Part shown: piece by piece, positions 1 to 12,469 of the stretch
Layout: the number at the start of each line of letters is the position of its first letter
Position numbering within the stretch: position 1 is the first letter of the stretch
Assembly: GCA_030265395.1 (NCBI GenBank)
Contig: JARFYF010000094.1
Location: forward strand, 29,416,901 to 29,480,900
DNA length: 64,000 nt
Direction of reading: 5' to 3'
Origin: Rhina ancylostomus
Lineage: Eukaryota
Notes under the pieces: model-generated
The model's input: only the letters and a program-made list of their open reading frames with translations
The model's database searches: none
What the model was told of the DNA's origin: nothing
Made by a program: the position numbers and the translations under genes

Positions 1-766
1 AGGTGCAGGCTCACTTTGCTTTTAAACATCCTGTAACAGTGGCAATTTTAAAAGCCCATGTTGAAAATGTTTTGGACAGTTTCCATTCCTGGCAAAGGAA
101 ATATTCATCAAAATACCCAAAGCTTAAGAATCTGTTTATGAACTTAATGATCAATTAAAATGGCGGAAGTGGTAGATCGAATCCTAATACTGAGGTTTCT
201 GAATAGTTTTCACACAGTAAAAAGTTTCCCCATTTTTTAAAATTAGATGTATTTCAGCTGTTTCTTGTCAAGGGCATTGAGCAATAGTGGAAAATCTTTC
301 TGACAGCATGATCTGTCAAAAGGCCATTACGGTGGCCACTGGGTAAGGCCTCAGGTTATCATGCCTGAAACTTACTGCATTAGTGTCCACCCTGCAGCAG
401 TGAAGTGTCCACAGCACTGGGAGCTGTGGTGCTGTAAAAGTTAATGTGACTGTGATATGCTATGAGTATTGGAAATCTGGCATTATCCAGCCCAACATGA
501 TTCCCTTTGTGAAATAGCATAGGATTTAAATAGTACAAGTAGCAATGGAAACTCTTGATGCATATCCACATTGCTGGAGCTGGAAATCATTCTGCACCCC
601 AACCCTGAGATCCCCTCACCTTGTAGGCCACAAGGATTATCGATGTCATTTTCTGCGTTTGCCAGTGCAAATTGGAAAGTTACGGCTACACATTTGCAAA
701 ATACCTCCATCTATGTAAATATTTTTTAAATATGTATTTTTATTTTCAAAAGGTACAGCTACAGTC

Positions 767-802
767 TGTGTTAGTTTGGAGAGTTGTGTTAGTTTGGAGA
801 GT
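767..802. repeat. Exact 18-bp direct tandem duplication (tgtgttagtttggagagt x2)
   Basis: Seen directly: 767-784 is identical to 785-802. Confidence 0.95.
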
Positions 803-1749
803 GGGGGTCATCATCGATGAATATTTCTTTCAATAAGTTCCTTACTTATTCAACACAAGGCATTTCACCATATGTATTTTAAAAGGGAAAACATTCAAAA
901 CACAAACCAGCAGGTTGAATCTATTTGAGAACTGTCATGTTTTTATAGAAACGCTCCATTTCACTAGCTTAAGGAGACCACATGGGGAAAACTGAAAGGT
1001 AGAAATTATGTTCAGTCAGAAACCATATCCCACAAACTCTAGATTCATAATACGACAGTTGAAATTTTGAAATCAAGCCAACAATCCGAGACGTTTATTT
1101 ATGCTGATCAAAGTCACTACCGACATGCTACTCGTGTAATGAATAACTTCAATATGCACTATTAAAGGCCTTCATTTGAATGTTGCAATCTAATCTTTGG
1201 CTGAATGTTGCTGATTAACTCTTTAGTTGGTTACAGATGTACTCAAAATGATGTTTTTAATAGAACTCTGTACTCCATGCATCATAAAACAGTAGCTTCC
1301 TATAAGTGTCCCCACATTACCTTTTTTAGACTTGGGATGAGACCACACTGGTTGCTGATAAAATCGCTACGCTTTGTTGTAAGGGTTCTCATCTCTTTCC
1401 TGGCTAAATGCCCTTAGGAACTCAAAACTAAATATTTAGTCTGCACGACTCTGAATACCTTTCATTGGCTAATAGGATAGTTCTCCAAATTAGACAATGG
1501 CTTTCATTTTAAACATTCAGTTTCTGAATAGGTCTTCTTTCAACCAGATAACTCAACACAAAACAAGGACAGCAGAATGACCCTTGAAGATTTCAAGTTT
1601 ATTGTGGTGCACCCTAGAAATACTAGCTCAAACACAGACTTAACAGACTATTAAAAAAATACCTTTTTGTTCAGATAGCTTGCATTTTCACTCAATGTTC
1701 ATGTTGTTCATGTAACAGCTCCCAAAAATAGCTGCTTCTCATAGGTTAA

Positions 1750-1850
1750 TTCGGATTTTTAAAGCGGAGATCAAAGTTTATTTAGTGGTATTAAGTGATG
1801 TGGAACAAAGGGGAGCAAATAGGATGAAGGAACATATCGGCCATAATCTG
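1750..1850 (+). mobile_element. Degenerate CR1 LINE 3' tail fragment
   Basis: aaagcggagatc...taagtgatgtggaacaaagggg...atatcggccataatct resembles the elasmobranch CR1 3' end (ggatatggagcaaaggc...gatcagccatgatct). Confidence 0.45.
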
Positions 1851-3302
1851 GCCCAATCTTCATTAAAGTACTTCATTAAAAACAGGAGATTGATGGTTGC
1901 ATTTTAATCGATCATTGCTCTCCTCAATCTCACGATTTGCCATGAGGGTAAAACAGATAAAACTTGTGGTACAAACAAATAAAGGAGGTTTTTAATCTAG
2001 TAAGAGACGATAACTTTTGACATTTCTCTGAAATATCTCCAACATATGTAAGTATGTATGTGAAACAAGATGTTGTGGCTTAATTACTGACAGGATGGAG
2101 ATCAACCAAATGAGACTGTGAAAGGGAATTTATCATTGGCATCAGATTCAATGAAACATGTCCCTTAATGAGAGATTTAAAAGTACAGATTTTCTACTGT
2201 GATGCATAAACACCAGCGTTTTGAGTCAGAACTACTGATCACGAGGGCTGCACTTAATCGAACCTAATAAGGTCAGAACTCAGCTGAGAGAGAGAGAAAG
2301 AAAAGCAAATGAAAACATATCGTCATCAATGGGGCGTCTGCAATTTAGAGCTGTCAAGAGAATGTCCACAGGGAGAAGTAAAATGACAGCAGAAAAATTA
2401 CCAAGAGGCTCTCTACCAACTTATGTTCAGTGCTACAACCTCCAAGTCCCTAATATAAAAACAAAATTAAAAAAACACTGTCAGTTTTGGGTTTGAAGAA
2501 TATTTTATAAAACCATAATAACCTCCTCCAACCTCTTGTTTCATTAAGACAAAATGAAAACTTTGTTTCAAGTTTTCAGTTCCCATTGGCCTCCAATTTG
2601 GAGATCCTTTAAAATCTGGAATTCCAGTTTATAACCCAGAAATGTTCAAATTCTAGATTACAGATAACTGTTAAAATATCTGCGTGTGAACTATCAAAAG
2701 CTAGGTCCTATCTGTTACTCAGCTTCCAGAACTGCATGTAATTTTTTTGTACAGTATTAAGGTCATATCCACGAGTGACAGGATCTTGTAGTAACAAAAT
2801 GCAGAAGTCAATATTTTCAGTCCTATCTTCTGTCTACAGAAAGATGGAGCTGTGCCATCCATATTTTCCTCTCCTTACCGTGCTAAATATTTCTAAGTTT
2901 TATTTCTAATGTCAAAATTGTTCCCGTCTTTTTATTTAGAAAATTGGAATCACATTTACTCATTTCCTCTCATCTGTGCAATTCTCTTTTGCAGAGATGC
3001 TCAAATTTGAGGTCCGTAGATTTTTGCACTCCTACAGAATCAGTGAGGCAAAAAGATGGATTGGAGATTAATACTAAATGATTGTGAAACTTGAGGCCAA
3101 GATCTGCTTGAACAGATTGATAGTTGCAGAAGTGTTGTGATTAATGGATGCCCAAGGGAAACTGGGGTTTTAAAAATGCAATTACAAGTAATTTTGGAGA
3201 AAAAATGTCTAGGATCACCATATAAAGAATGAGGTTTTGAAGAGAGAATTTTGAAGAGAGACATTTAAGAACAAAGTCATGCAAGGTAGTGATAAAAGAT
3301 GG

Positions 3303-3765
3303 AATAAAACAAAGAATACTGGAAATACTTATTGGGTCAGACAACATCCATGCAAGCAGGGCTAGCATTTCAAGTTGGTGACCTTCAATCAGTTATGGGA
3401 AAAGATACCAATGACAGAAGTGTTAACACTGCAGAGAAAGTGAGAATAGATCAAGAGAAGCCCAGAAAGATGGAGAGTGAAAAAAATAATTGCTGAAATT
3501 GTGAGATGGAGTCGCTAATTATCTGAAATAAATGCTGAGCCCAGGCGGCTCTATTTTGCCTCGTAAGATGATGAAATGCTGATCCTCAAAGTTGTGTTGG
3601 GCTTCACTGGAATAGAGTAAAACGTCAGATACAAGTTGAGAGTGGGAGTCACAGACATTCAGTAGCTCAGGTTAATTCTTGCCAACAGAACAAAGGTGTT
3701 TTTCAAAGCAGTGATGCAAAGGTGTTTTGTTTCCTCAATATCAAGGAGATCACATTATGAGCACA
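3303..3765 (-). mobile_element. Penelope-like retroelement 3' fragment: decayed GIY-YIG endonuclease plus terminal repeat
   Basis: Minus strand reads CS*CDLLDIEETKH / HCFEKHLCSVGKN*PE and SSEAQHNFEDQHFIILRGKIEPPGLSIYFR*, matching PLE CxxCGLLYIGETKR...FAEHLRSV and EAQRKLEEQHLIFRLGTLQPxGLNIEF. A decayed hammerhead-like terminal repeat follows at 3361-3394. Confidence 0.8.
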
Positions 3766-3789
3766 ACAATAGATGACCTTATTTGCAAT

Positions 3790-4960
3790 GGAGATAGTGG
3801 TAGCAATGACATTACATGAGCTGACACAGTCAAGGGGCGCTGCAAATATCGTCTGGGGAGTTTATATGGAGCTTGGGATTAAGGAAAGAAATGAGGGTAG
3901 GAAACACACGGAATGATGGCAGTGGTAAAGTGAACATCCTCAGGACAGGATGCACAAGGATTCCATTGGATGCTGCAATCACCAAATGTAGTGAATCACT
4001 TGGTTCAGACGTTGGGGCAGGAAAGCATTGTAATCACGTCAGTTAGAAAAACATTCATGCTACAGTGAGTTTAGATGGGAATCCATGATGAGAAACTCAG
4101 AAGGAGGAGGTAGCACAAGTAGAGAGACAGACCATGATGCCATTTTGGTGATGTGCTGCATTGCACAGCAACTGGTTGCAGGCAAAAGCCAGGAAGAGAG
4201 TCTTCATTGAGGTTAAGGTCTCATGATTCTCAGCCCCTTCAACCCATGGATTAAAAACCATCTCATCCAAAAGTCTTTGAGCAGAGAGGGGAATTGAAAG
4301 CTGATCTCCTGGCAGAATGCACAGGATCAGCTGGAGGGAAGGCGACTGCCAAAATCAGCCCTCAGAAATCACTTTGGCAGAAAGATTAGCAAGGGACTAG
4401 GGTGGGACTACAGTAGGATTGCTGCTTGTAAAGGAGTTGTGGCGAGTGCCTCAATGGACCCTTCAGAGAATGCCAAAACAGGCATAGATGGAAGCAGTAA
4501 ACATTTTCAAGAGGGGGTGTATCTTGGGAGAGTGGCAGAAGGACAAAATGGTCAAGAAAAACTGAAAGCTTAGGGTAGGAATTTTGAGGCATTGTATATG
4601 AAAGGCAGTGTGGTGGTACATGAAGAAATACTGATAGTAGTAAGGGAGTAAATAGCATAAAAAGGGGCAGAGTGTAAGATATGGAAATAACAGATCTGGG
4701 TCTGGAATAGCAGTCAAAATAGAATAAGGAAATAGACAGAAGGAAAACTCAAATTACCTTGGCCTATAAATTATTGGATGATTTATCCTGATAATGAACA
4801 GGGAATTGAAATCAGACAATGGAAGGAAATCCAGCGTTAGTCAGAGGTCCAAAGGCAGGATAAAGGTAACAGAGTTAGGGTGGAGTCAGCATGGAGCAGA
4901 AATGATCCAGTGCCTGCAGAAGCAAACAGTAGATTAACAAAGGATACACTGAAGGTGATT
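3790..4960 (-). mobile_element. Highly decayed LINE (probably L2) RT region
   Basis: Long purine-rich tract on the + strand. Minus strand gives RSAFNSPLCSKTF near 4265-4308, a weak match to QSGFRxxHSTETAL. Boundaries uncertain. Confidence 0.35.
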
Positions 4961-5239
4961 ACCCATGGGACTGAAGACCTTGGGGCACAGAATCAGTTGT
5001 GGGGCAGAAAAATAACTTCGTACACATAACACATCTCTGCTGAAAGAGCTTTATGTTTTAGAATGTGGCCTCTTAAGAATCGGTTAAACTTTTAAAGATG
5101 CAAATGCAATCATCATTCCCTTGTTCCAGTGCAATCACCGTTTACAAAAAACAAAGCTGTATATTAAAAAAATGTCAATTTTCTTTTTTTTCCAAATTCC
5201 ATTGTGGCACCTGTGAGGGACTATATTTATACAGTGGCC

Positions 5240-5470
5240 TGAATACAGCAAGGCGCTCAACTGGCTCAGTTATTAAACAAAATTTACTATCAAACTCAAT
5301 GTCGAGAGCTCAGAACAGGCAACTGGGAACCTGATCAAAAAGTCAGGTATAAAATTATCTTCTTAAAGAAAGGAGAGATAGTGATTCAGAATGATATCAG
5401 CAGGGAATTCCGGAGCACAGTTCTAGATAGCTTGATGGTATGGTTGGCAACACAGAGAATTTAGAAGATT
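5240..5470 (-). mobile_element. L2 LINE 3' region relic
   Basis: aaacaaaattt...ctgatcaaaaagtcagg...cttaaagaaaggagaga...cagggaattccggagc matches the reverse complement of the shark L2 3' end. Confidence 0.55.
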
Positions 5471-8140
5471 GTTCTTGAGTGCCAGCTATTGTTGCATCAT
5501 AATGTTGTGTGGTTCTTATACTCTTCTCTCATGAAAACACCTTTGAATGCTTTTCTACATTTCAGGAGTCCTGAACTTCACTAGTTAATGGAAACAAGCT
5601 GTTACACTGGAACCTCCACTGATCAATGACAGCACTAAGCTATCAGCTCTGGGGTGACTTGGTTTGCCACAGAAACCAGCTTCAGAGTTTTGAACTGCAG
5701 TCCAAGATGTCTTCAACTATTGGATCAGGGAGTTGGAGACTTATTCTAATCATCGATAGCTCTGTTATAAATATATTACGATATCTTCAATCCGAAGAGT
5801 CTCATTCCCTGGTCTGAAGCAACTGGAAAATGTATTTCTCAAACCCTTACACAATACTTTCCATTGCATTAGAATGCTACCATTACTCACTGCACATTTT
5901 AATTCCAAGTATTATATCACAGAGTAGTAACACATCTGGTCACTGGCATGTTTCTTTTCTCTCTGAAATATCTTTTGTGTGAAGTACATGGATAGCTTCA
6001 CTGAAGCTGATGGGAATTTTGATGAAAAGTACTTGCATTTCCTCAAAATTGTGTTTAATACTGTAAAGCAAAAAAAGTGACGGAGGGGAAACCTACCAAA
6101 TTTCTCCTGAGCTGCTAATTTTCATCATCAGACATTCTAGGTTAAGTAAAGAAATGCAAAACTAAACCAAAACATCAACTAACCTTGGGCTCCATGGCTT
6201 ATCACCAGCACAGACCATTGAGTAGGCAAACAGTCTTCACTGGATTAGGGAATGATGTGGAGCATGAATAGAGAAAGACATTAAGAAAATAAATTACCCT
6301 GTCAATAAAATTACTCAATGATTGAGAAGCTTANNNNNNNNNNNNNNNNNNNNNNNNNNNNNNNNNNNNNNNNNNNNNNNNNNNNNNNNNNNNNNNNNNN
6401 NNNNNNNNNNNNNNNNNNNNNNNNNNNNNNNNNNNNNNNNNNNNNNNNNNNNNNNNNNNNNNNNNNNNNNNNNNNNNNNNNNNNNNNNNNNNNNNNNNNN
6501 NNNNNNNNNNNNNNNNNNNNNNNNNNNNNNNNNNNNNNNNNNNNNNNNNNNNNNNNNNNNNNNNNAGATTGGTTGAGCCAAACAGCATGTTTCCACAGAG
6601 TTATTCTTTTGTCATTCTTGCCGCAGGTGTTGGACAACAATTAAGGGTCTTGGCCCAAATTCCTCTCTACAACCTTGTGGTGCTGGGGCCAATTGTTGTA
6701 CCACTACTGAGAAATGAAGCATCAGGAGAACTCAAACGTTTCCTTGAATGTGGAAAATATGTGAAAATAGATGCAGCTGCATTTCTGTGAGGAAGTTCTG
6801 TCAGGAACAAAAAAAAATTCTTATCTCAGTCCTTTACCCAGATCTTCACACTGTCTGCTCAGTTACATTTTCAAAATACCTCTGACCATTTAAAGGAGCA
6901 AAGATTAGTGTTATTATTATATAGTTTAAAAGACTTGGGGGTGGGGGGGGAACTGTCATTGCACCAGAAGATATGTCTAACAGTTCATCTATCATGTCCA
7001 TCACCTGACTGGTTCTCCAATCACGGGAAATACTTAAGAGTGACAGATATTATCATTATGAACTGATACACATTTGCTGTATTTGTGAATAATGAAATAA
7101 AGCAGGCAAGCAAAATGCAGGAATATGTACTTAAAATCTGCTCAACATATTCCCATTGAAGCATGAAACATAGTGATAAATATTTACTGGAACTCCACAA
7201 TACCAACAACTCTCTACTAGGCAGTAACGAGGCAAAAGACTTTTACTCCACAGATTTTTTTCATGATGAAATGTACAACATGATACATAACCTTTTTGTT
7301 ATTCCCACCCGCCTACCTGCCATGCCTCAACATATTACAATAATGTTTAGTCTATCAGCATTTCGAACAGCAACAGATCATGTTGTCAAATTATGAGAGG
7401 TGAGCTAAAAGCTAAGTGCTTCAGGCAAAAGGGAATATGTGATCAAAAACGGACAATGCTGTGTCGAAGTTCATCAGCCAACACTGGCTTCATCGGACAC
7501 GTCCCAGGAAATGACATCAGTAACAGGCACATGNNNNNNNNNNNNNNNNNNNNNNNNNNNNNNNNNNNNNNNNNNNNNNNNNNNNNNNNNNNNNNNNNNN
7601 NNNNNNNNNNNNNNNNNNNNNNNNNNNNNNNNNNNNNNNNNNNNNNNNNNNNNNNNNNNNNNNNNNNNNNNNNNNNNNNNNNNNNNNNNNNNNNNNNNNN
7701 NNNNNNNNNNNNNNNNNNNNNNNNNNNNNNNNNNNNNNNNNNNNNCCTTTTGTCAACTGAAATTCAAATCTAGAGCATCAATCGATGGAAAATCCTTGTA
7801 TAAAGAAGCTGGACTGAACTAATTTTCAGTGAATACAGAGAAAATGACAATTATGAATATACTCCAGACTTTTGCTTACTTGAATGCATATGGTACAAAT
7901 ATCACAACAGAAGAACTAGTTTCAAAGTATGAAAAAAAACTCGCCATTCCTCATAACAGTGAACAAAAATAGAAATTTATGCAACAAACTTGGTTTAACA
8001 AATCACTTTGGCATAATTTATTAAGTCTGAATGTTCAAGTGGCAAGTGAAGAATAATTCTCTCCAGGAGGATACGCCATGTTACTCACAACAACACATTG
8101 AATCTCTGAACTCTGGAATACACCCTGTTGTGCAAAATTT

Positions 8141-8232
8141 TCTGATGGGAGATCATCAACCTGAAAGGTTCCCTCTGTTCCCACCATTAGATGCTGCATT
8201 TGAACATTAGCAGCATTTTCAGTTTTACTTCC
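8141..8232 (+). mobile_element. PLE terminal repeat fragment with decayed hammerhead motif
   Basis: tctgatgggagatcatcaacctgaaaggtt...agatgctgc...cagcattttcagtttt, homologous to the copies at 20300 and 31298. Confidence 0.65.
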
Positions 8233-8534
8233 AATGACAAAGTCGGCACCAATGATACATCACCACAAGCAATCCCATGAGGTACATAACAAGTTCAATA
8301 TTATATATCCCCCTTTGGTGAAATTAATTCTGGGTTATTAATGTTGCTGTTAAAAACACTTAATATTAAAGAAATAAAATAAAACTCTTGTCACAAAAAA
8401 CACCAAGTTTATAAACTGCACCCTTTTTTAAAAAAAAGTTTTATGACTCCAGGACTCTTATTCCACATGTTGCATTTTTTTCCATTAACCTCAGTCATTC
8501 CAGGAGTCAGAGTGGTCATTTTATGTGGTAAGAA

Positions 8535-9058
8535 CCCATTATAGGAAGGATGTTGAGGCTTTGGAGAGGGTGCAGAAGAGGTTTACCAAGATTCTGCCTG
8601 GATTAGAGGTCATGTACTATGAGGATAGGTTGGACAAACTTGGATTGTTCTCTCTGGAGCAGCGGAGGCCGAGGAGATATCTGATAGAGGTTTATAAGAT
8701 TATGAGAGGCATAGATAGAGCAGACAGATAGTATCTTTTTCCCAGGGTTGAAATGCCTAATACCAGAGGGCATGCATTCATGATGATAGGGTGCAAGTTC
8801 AATGGAGATGTGCGGGGCAAGTTTTTTTTAAAACACAGTGGTGGGTGCCTGGAATGCACTGCTGGAGGCAAATACAATAGGAGCACTCAAGAAACTCTTA
8901 GATAGGCACATGAATGTGAAGGAAATGGTAGGATATGGACATTGTGTCAGCAGAAGGGATTAGCTTAGTTGGTCATTTTATTACTAATGTAATTAAAGCA
9001 GCAAGACATTGTGGGCCGAAGGGCCTGTTCCTGTGCTGTACTGTTCTATGTTCTATGT
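8535..9058 (+). mobile_element. CR1 LINE, 5'-truncated (RT C-terminus, 3' UTR and tail)
   Basis: ORF HYRKDVEALERVQKRFTKILPGLE..YEDRLDKLGLFSLEQRR..LIEVYKIMRGIDR is the CR1 ORF2 C-terminus. It ends in gggccgaagggcctgttcctgtgctgtactg(ttctatg)2. Confidence 0.95.
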
Positions 9059-9964
9059 CCTAAGAAGCAGGGCTCACACTGCAACCATTTCCATAGTTAG
9101 AAGTAATGACAACTTGGTGAGTTCCACTATCATCAACATGATGAACTGGAATTCGAATGGGTTCTCTGTTCTCTATAAAGTTTAGAGTACAGTGCTTTTG
9201 ATAAGTGTTACACAAAGCCTTTTTCATGTGAACTATAAAGCTGGAATGATACTAAATAACCTTTATCTTTTCAATGTAACTCAACTGACTGTCATCTCCA
9301 CTGCAGTGGTTTCAAAGAAAAGATAAAGGTTTATTTATCAGGCAAAGTATCAGAGTTAACCATAAGAAAATCATGAAAATTCTGCTGTTACTGTTGTCAA
9401 TTTTTTAAAAATTAAGCTGCAAATCAAGTATTTAAAGTCCCCCAACTAAATTTTCTGCATTCCAGTCCACCTGCCTGACCATGGGATTGAGTTTACTGTT
9501 TGAAACTGCTGATAAATAACAATGCAATGCATTAAAAAAATTATCTCTGCTTTTGTTTACCTCCAGAGGGTCAGCATCAAGACTTGGTCATTCAAAGCGT
9601 ACGAATGATTCCTCAATGTTTTGAAATGGAAGATCACACTTCAGGTGGCATAAATGTTCCATGGGTGAAGTATATAATCAGAGTGCAATTCTCTCCACTG
9701 TGATTATGATATCTTGAAACCATAAAGCCAATCTTCTATAATTTGTTCCAGTTTCCTCTAAAATGAGAGTTTTGAATACACCTTTCCTAAAAGAATATAC
9801 TAAAGTAATAGACAGAAATAGGAAATGCACTGTTAAGCCCCTCAAGCACAAGATCGTAACTAAAATGCACAAAATATGAACACAAGTTTCATCTTTTGCA
9901 CTTGACATATTTATTTTCCCCTACTAATCCCCAATTTTTAATTACTTACTTAAACAGAGTTAAA

Positions 9965-10455
9965 GGGCAGCACACTGGTGCAACTAACAGAGCTGCTGTT
10001 TTACAGCTCCAGTGACTCAGGTTCAATCCCGTCCCCATGTGTTGTGTGTTTGAAATTTGCACATTCTCCCTGTGACCTCGTGGGTTTCCTCCAGATTCTC
10101 CGGTTTCGTCCCACATCCCAAAAATTAGCTGGGTGGTGGGTTCATTAACCACCATCAATCACCCTGTAGTTGAAGGCTAGAATCAAAGGGGGGAGAGGAA
10201 GGTTGTTCATTCGGANNNNNNNNNNNNNNNNNNNNNNNNNNNNNNNNNNNNNNNNNNNNNNNNNNNNNNNNNNNNNNNNNNNNNNNNNNNNNNNNNNNNN
10301 NNNNNNNNNNNNNNNGGGGAGAGGAAGGTTGTTCATTAGGATGTGGGAGATTAAAATGGGATTAGTGCAGGATTAATGTAAAACTAAAATGGGTGCTGGG
10401 TTTGTGGTGCAGCGTCAGTGGGCCAAAGTACCTGTTTCCATGCTGTACGGTTCTA
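9965..10455 (+). mobile_element. tRNA-derived V-SINE (HE1-like) with CR1-type tail, interrupted by a gap
   Basis: Head gggcagcacactggtgc...ggttcaatccc (B box), V-domain tttgcacattctccctgtgacctcgtgggtttcctcc...cggtttcgtcccacatccc, tail gtgggccaaagtacctgtttccatgctgtac. Confidence 0.9.
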
Positions 10456-11184
10456 AAGGTTGGAACAAAATTTTTGGATTGAACTGCCAATTGTCTGAGG
10501 TTATTATAGGTTTGGGGGGGGAGAAGCATATGTGGCCTGAAAATATGATAAATATAGATGACAATAGTTATTTTCAAAAGCAAAATAATTGCACCAATTT
10601 CTGTGCAGGGATGGAAAATATTGAGAATTGGGAAAGACCTCACACAATGTGGGATTTGCTCTATTGCTCCAATTTACACTAATGTACTGACAAAATGTTT
10701 GGCATAAACCCATTTCCTAACCTTGAAAAACCAGAGTTCAGGAACATAATGATTCATCCTAACACCTGATTTACAAAGCAGCCGAGCCAACAATAGTGCA
10801 TTTATAGACATATTCGGAGCATTTCCAAACAAGTCAGAGGTTCAATGAGGCACTGCAACTTATTTAGATTCATCAGGGAAGTGCTTTATAGTAATCGTCA
10901 CATTACTGACAAAGAATTTGCTTCCTCCGAGAAGAACCAGCACGCACCTGTTAATGTTTAAACAAGCTTGTCCTTTGTTATTAAAAGCTGCATAACCAGT
11001 ACCAAAAAGTGAAAGACTTGACAAATTCATTGACAATTGATATACTGCCCAATCAACATCATCTATTTTGATCTGTGAAACTTCAAGCCACACACAAGTT
11101 TCCAAATACCCACAACTGATCACTCCATTGGCTATGATTAAGGCTGCTTCACTCAATATAAAAAAAAGTTTCCACCAGTGATTG

Positions 11185-11468
11185 AAAAGCAAAAGTCTGC
11201 AGATGCTGGAACTCTGAAATAAGAACAGAAAATATTGAAAATACTTCAGATTAATCANNNNNNNNNNNNNNNNNNNNNNNNNNNNNNNNNNNNNAGTGAG
11301 GATTGCGAGGGAAAGATTCCACGACCCCAACAATGGTCAACAATGAACCTTGTCCGATACCTGAAAAACTGGAAATCTAAAATCAGTCAGAAATTGGAAC
11401 TCTGTTTCTTGCCACAGAGATGCTACCTGACTGCCTGCATATTTTCAGCATTTTCTGTTGTTTATTCC
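11185..11468. mobile_element. Inverted pair of PLE terminal repeats with spacer and gap
   Basis: Minus arm ctgcagatgctggaactctgaaataagaacagaaaatattgaaaatact; plus arm aactctgtttcttgccacagagatgctacctgac...cagcattttctgttgtttattcc. Confidence 0.7.
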
Positions 11469-11989
11469 TGGAGGTATCCACTATTGAATTGGTGCATATA
11501 TTTTCTCAATTTCCTTCATCAACCACCTTTTGAGTGATACTGCAAACTAATTGCCAAATTGCTGGATCGTGCACCATTCCCATGTCAGTGCAAATCCCTC
11601 CAATCTAAATCATAATCAGCTAGTAGTGAATATATTAAATACATGCCAATTCTGTGGCGAGCCATTCTCTTCTGACCTCAACAAGTGAATGAGTCAAATG
11701 CAACATTATAAGATGCTGTTGATTGCCACTAGGTCCTCAGAAATGTAGAAAATGTTGAACTGAAGCTCAATCTGCATTTAATATAGGACACACATAACAT
11801 AACTTATTAGAAAAAGGTATCTAATCTGCAGTAAACTGAACAACATTCCAAGTCAAATATTCATCTATGCTCTATCCAAAACAAACATATTTTGACTCAC
11901 AACTATCTCAATCTTACATTAATAATACTAGGTGGACTGATTATCAGTGGAGAAAAGCACTGTATTGTATAGTATCATAAGGTTTAGAA

Positions 11990-12469
11990 TTGCCAAGGAA
12001 AAGGAGACAGATCATTCCAGGGTAAAAATAGTCAAAAAGGAAAAGGGCTAATTTCACCAGGGGGAAAATAAGTATAGCTTTGGAATCAAAAATTGGCAGG
12101 TTAAAATGTAATTGAATGATGAGCAGCAAAAAGAAAGGAAATGGTTCAGGTACAGTCAAGCTACATTCCCATAGGGGTGAAAGATAGAACAGTTCAGGCC
12201 AGAGCAGGATTGGTGTGCACAGACACAATTTCCAAATCAGCAGACAACATAAAAAATTGCAAGTTTTGAAATTCAAGGAGGATATTAATACATTTCAAGA
12301 GGTAATTAACAGGCTGGTTGAATAAGAAAGAATTGGAGGCTTATTCAGAGACTGAGAAAAAAAACATGGCTGTGGGGAGAAGGTGGGCATGTGGGACTAG
12401 AGGAATTGCTCTTGCATTCAATTGATGGGCCAAACTGCCTCTTACTGTGTTGTAACCTTTGTGATTCTA
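11990..12469 (+). mobile_element. CR1 relic: EN-RT linker fragment joined to 3' tail
   Basis: gaaatggttcaggtacagtcaagctacattcccatagggg resembles CR1 EMVRVQSRYIP. The tail is ggggagaaggtgggcatgtgggactag...gatgggccaaactgcctcttactgtgttgtaacc...gattcta. Confidence 0.6.

Noticed and set aside
10188-10340. Direct repeat ggggagaggaaggttgttcatt on both sides of a gap
   Set aside because: Near-identical flanks around a roughly 100-N gap indicate an unmerged contig overlap, probably allelic, rather than a real repeat.
10860-11333. 157-aa minus-strand ORF
   Set aside because: It crosses a gap and a PLE repeat, has no recognisable domain, and lacks convincing splice sites.
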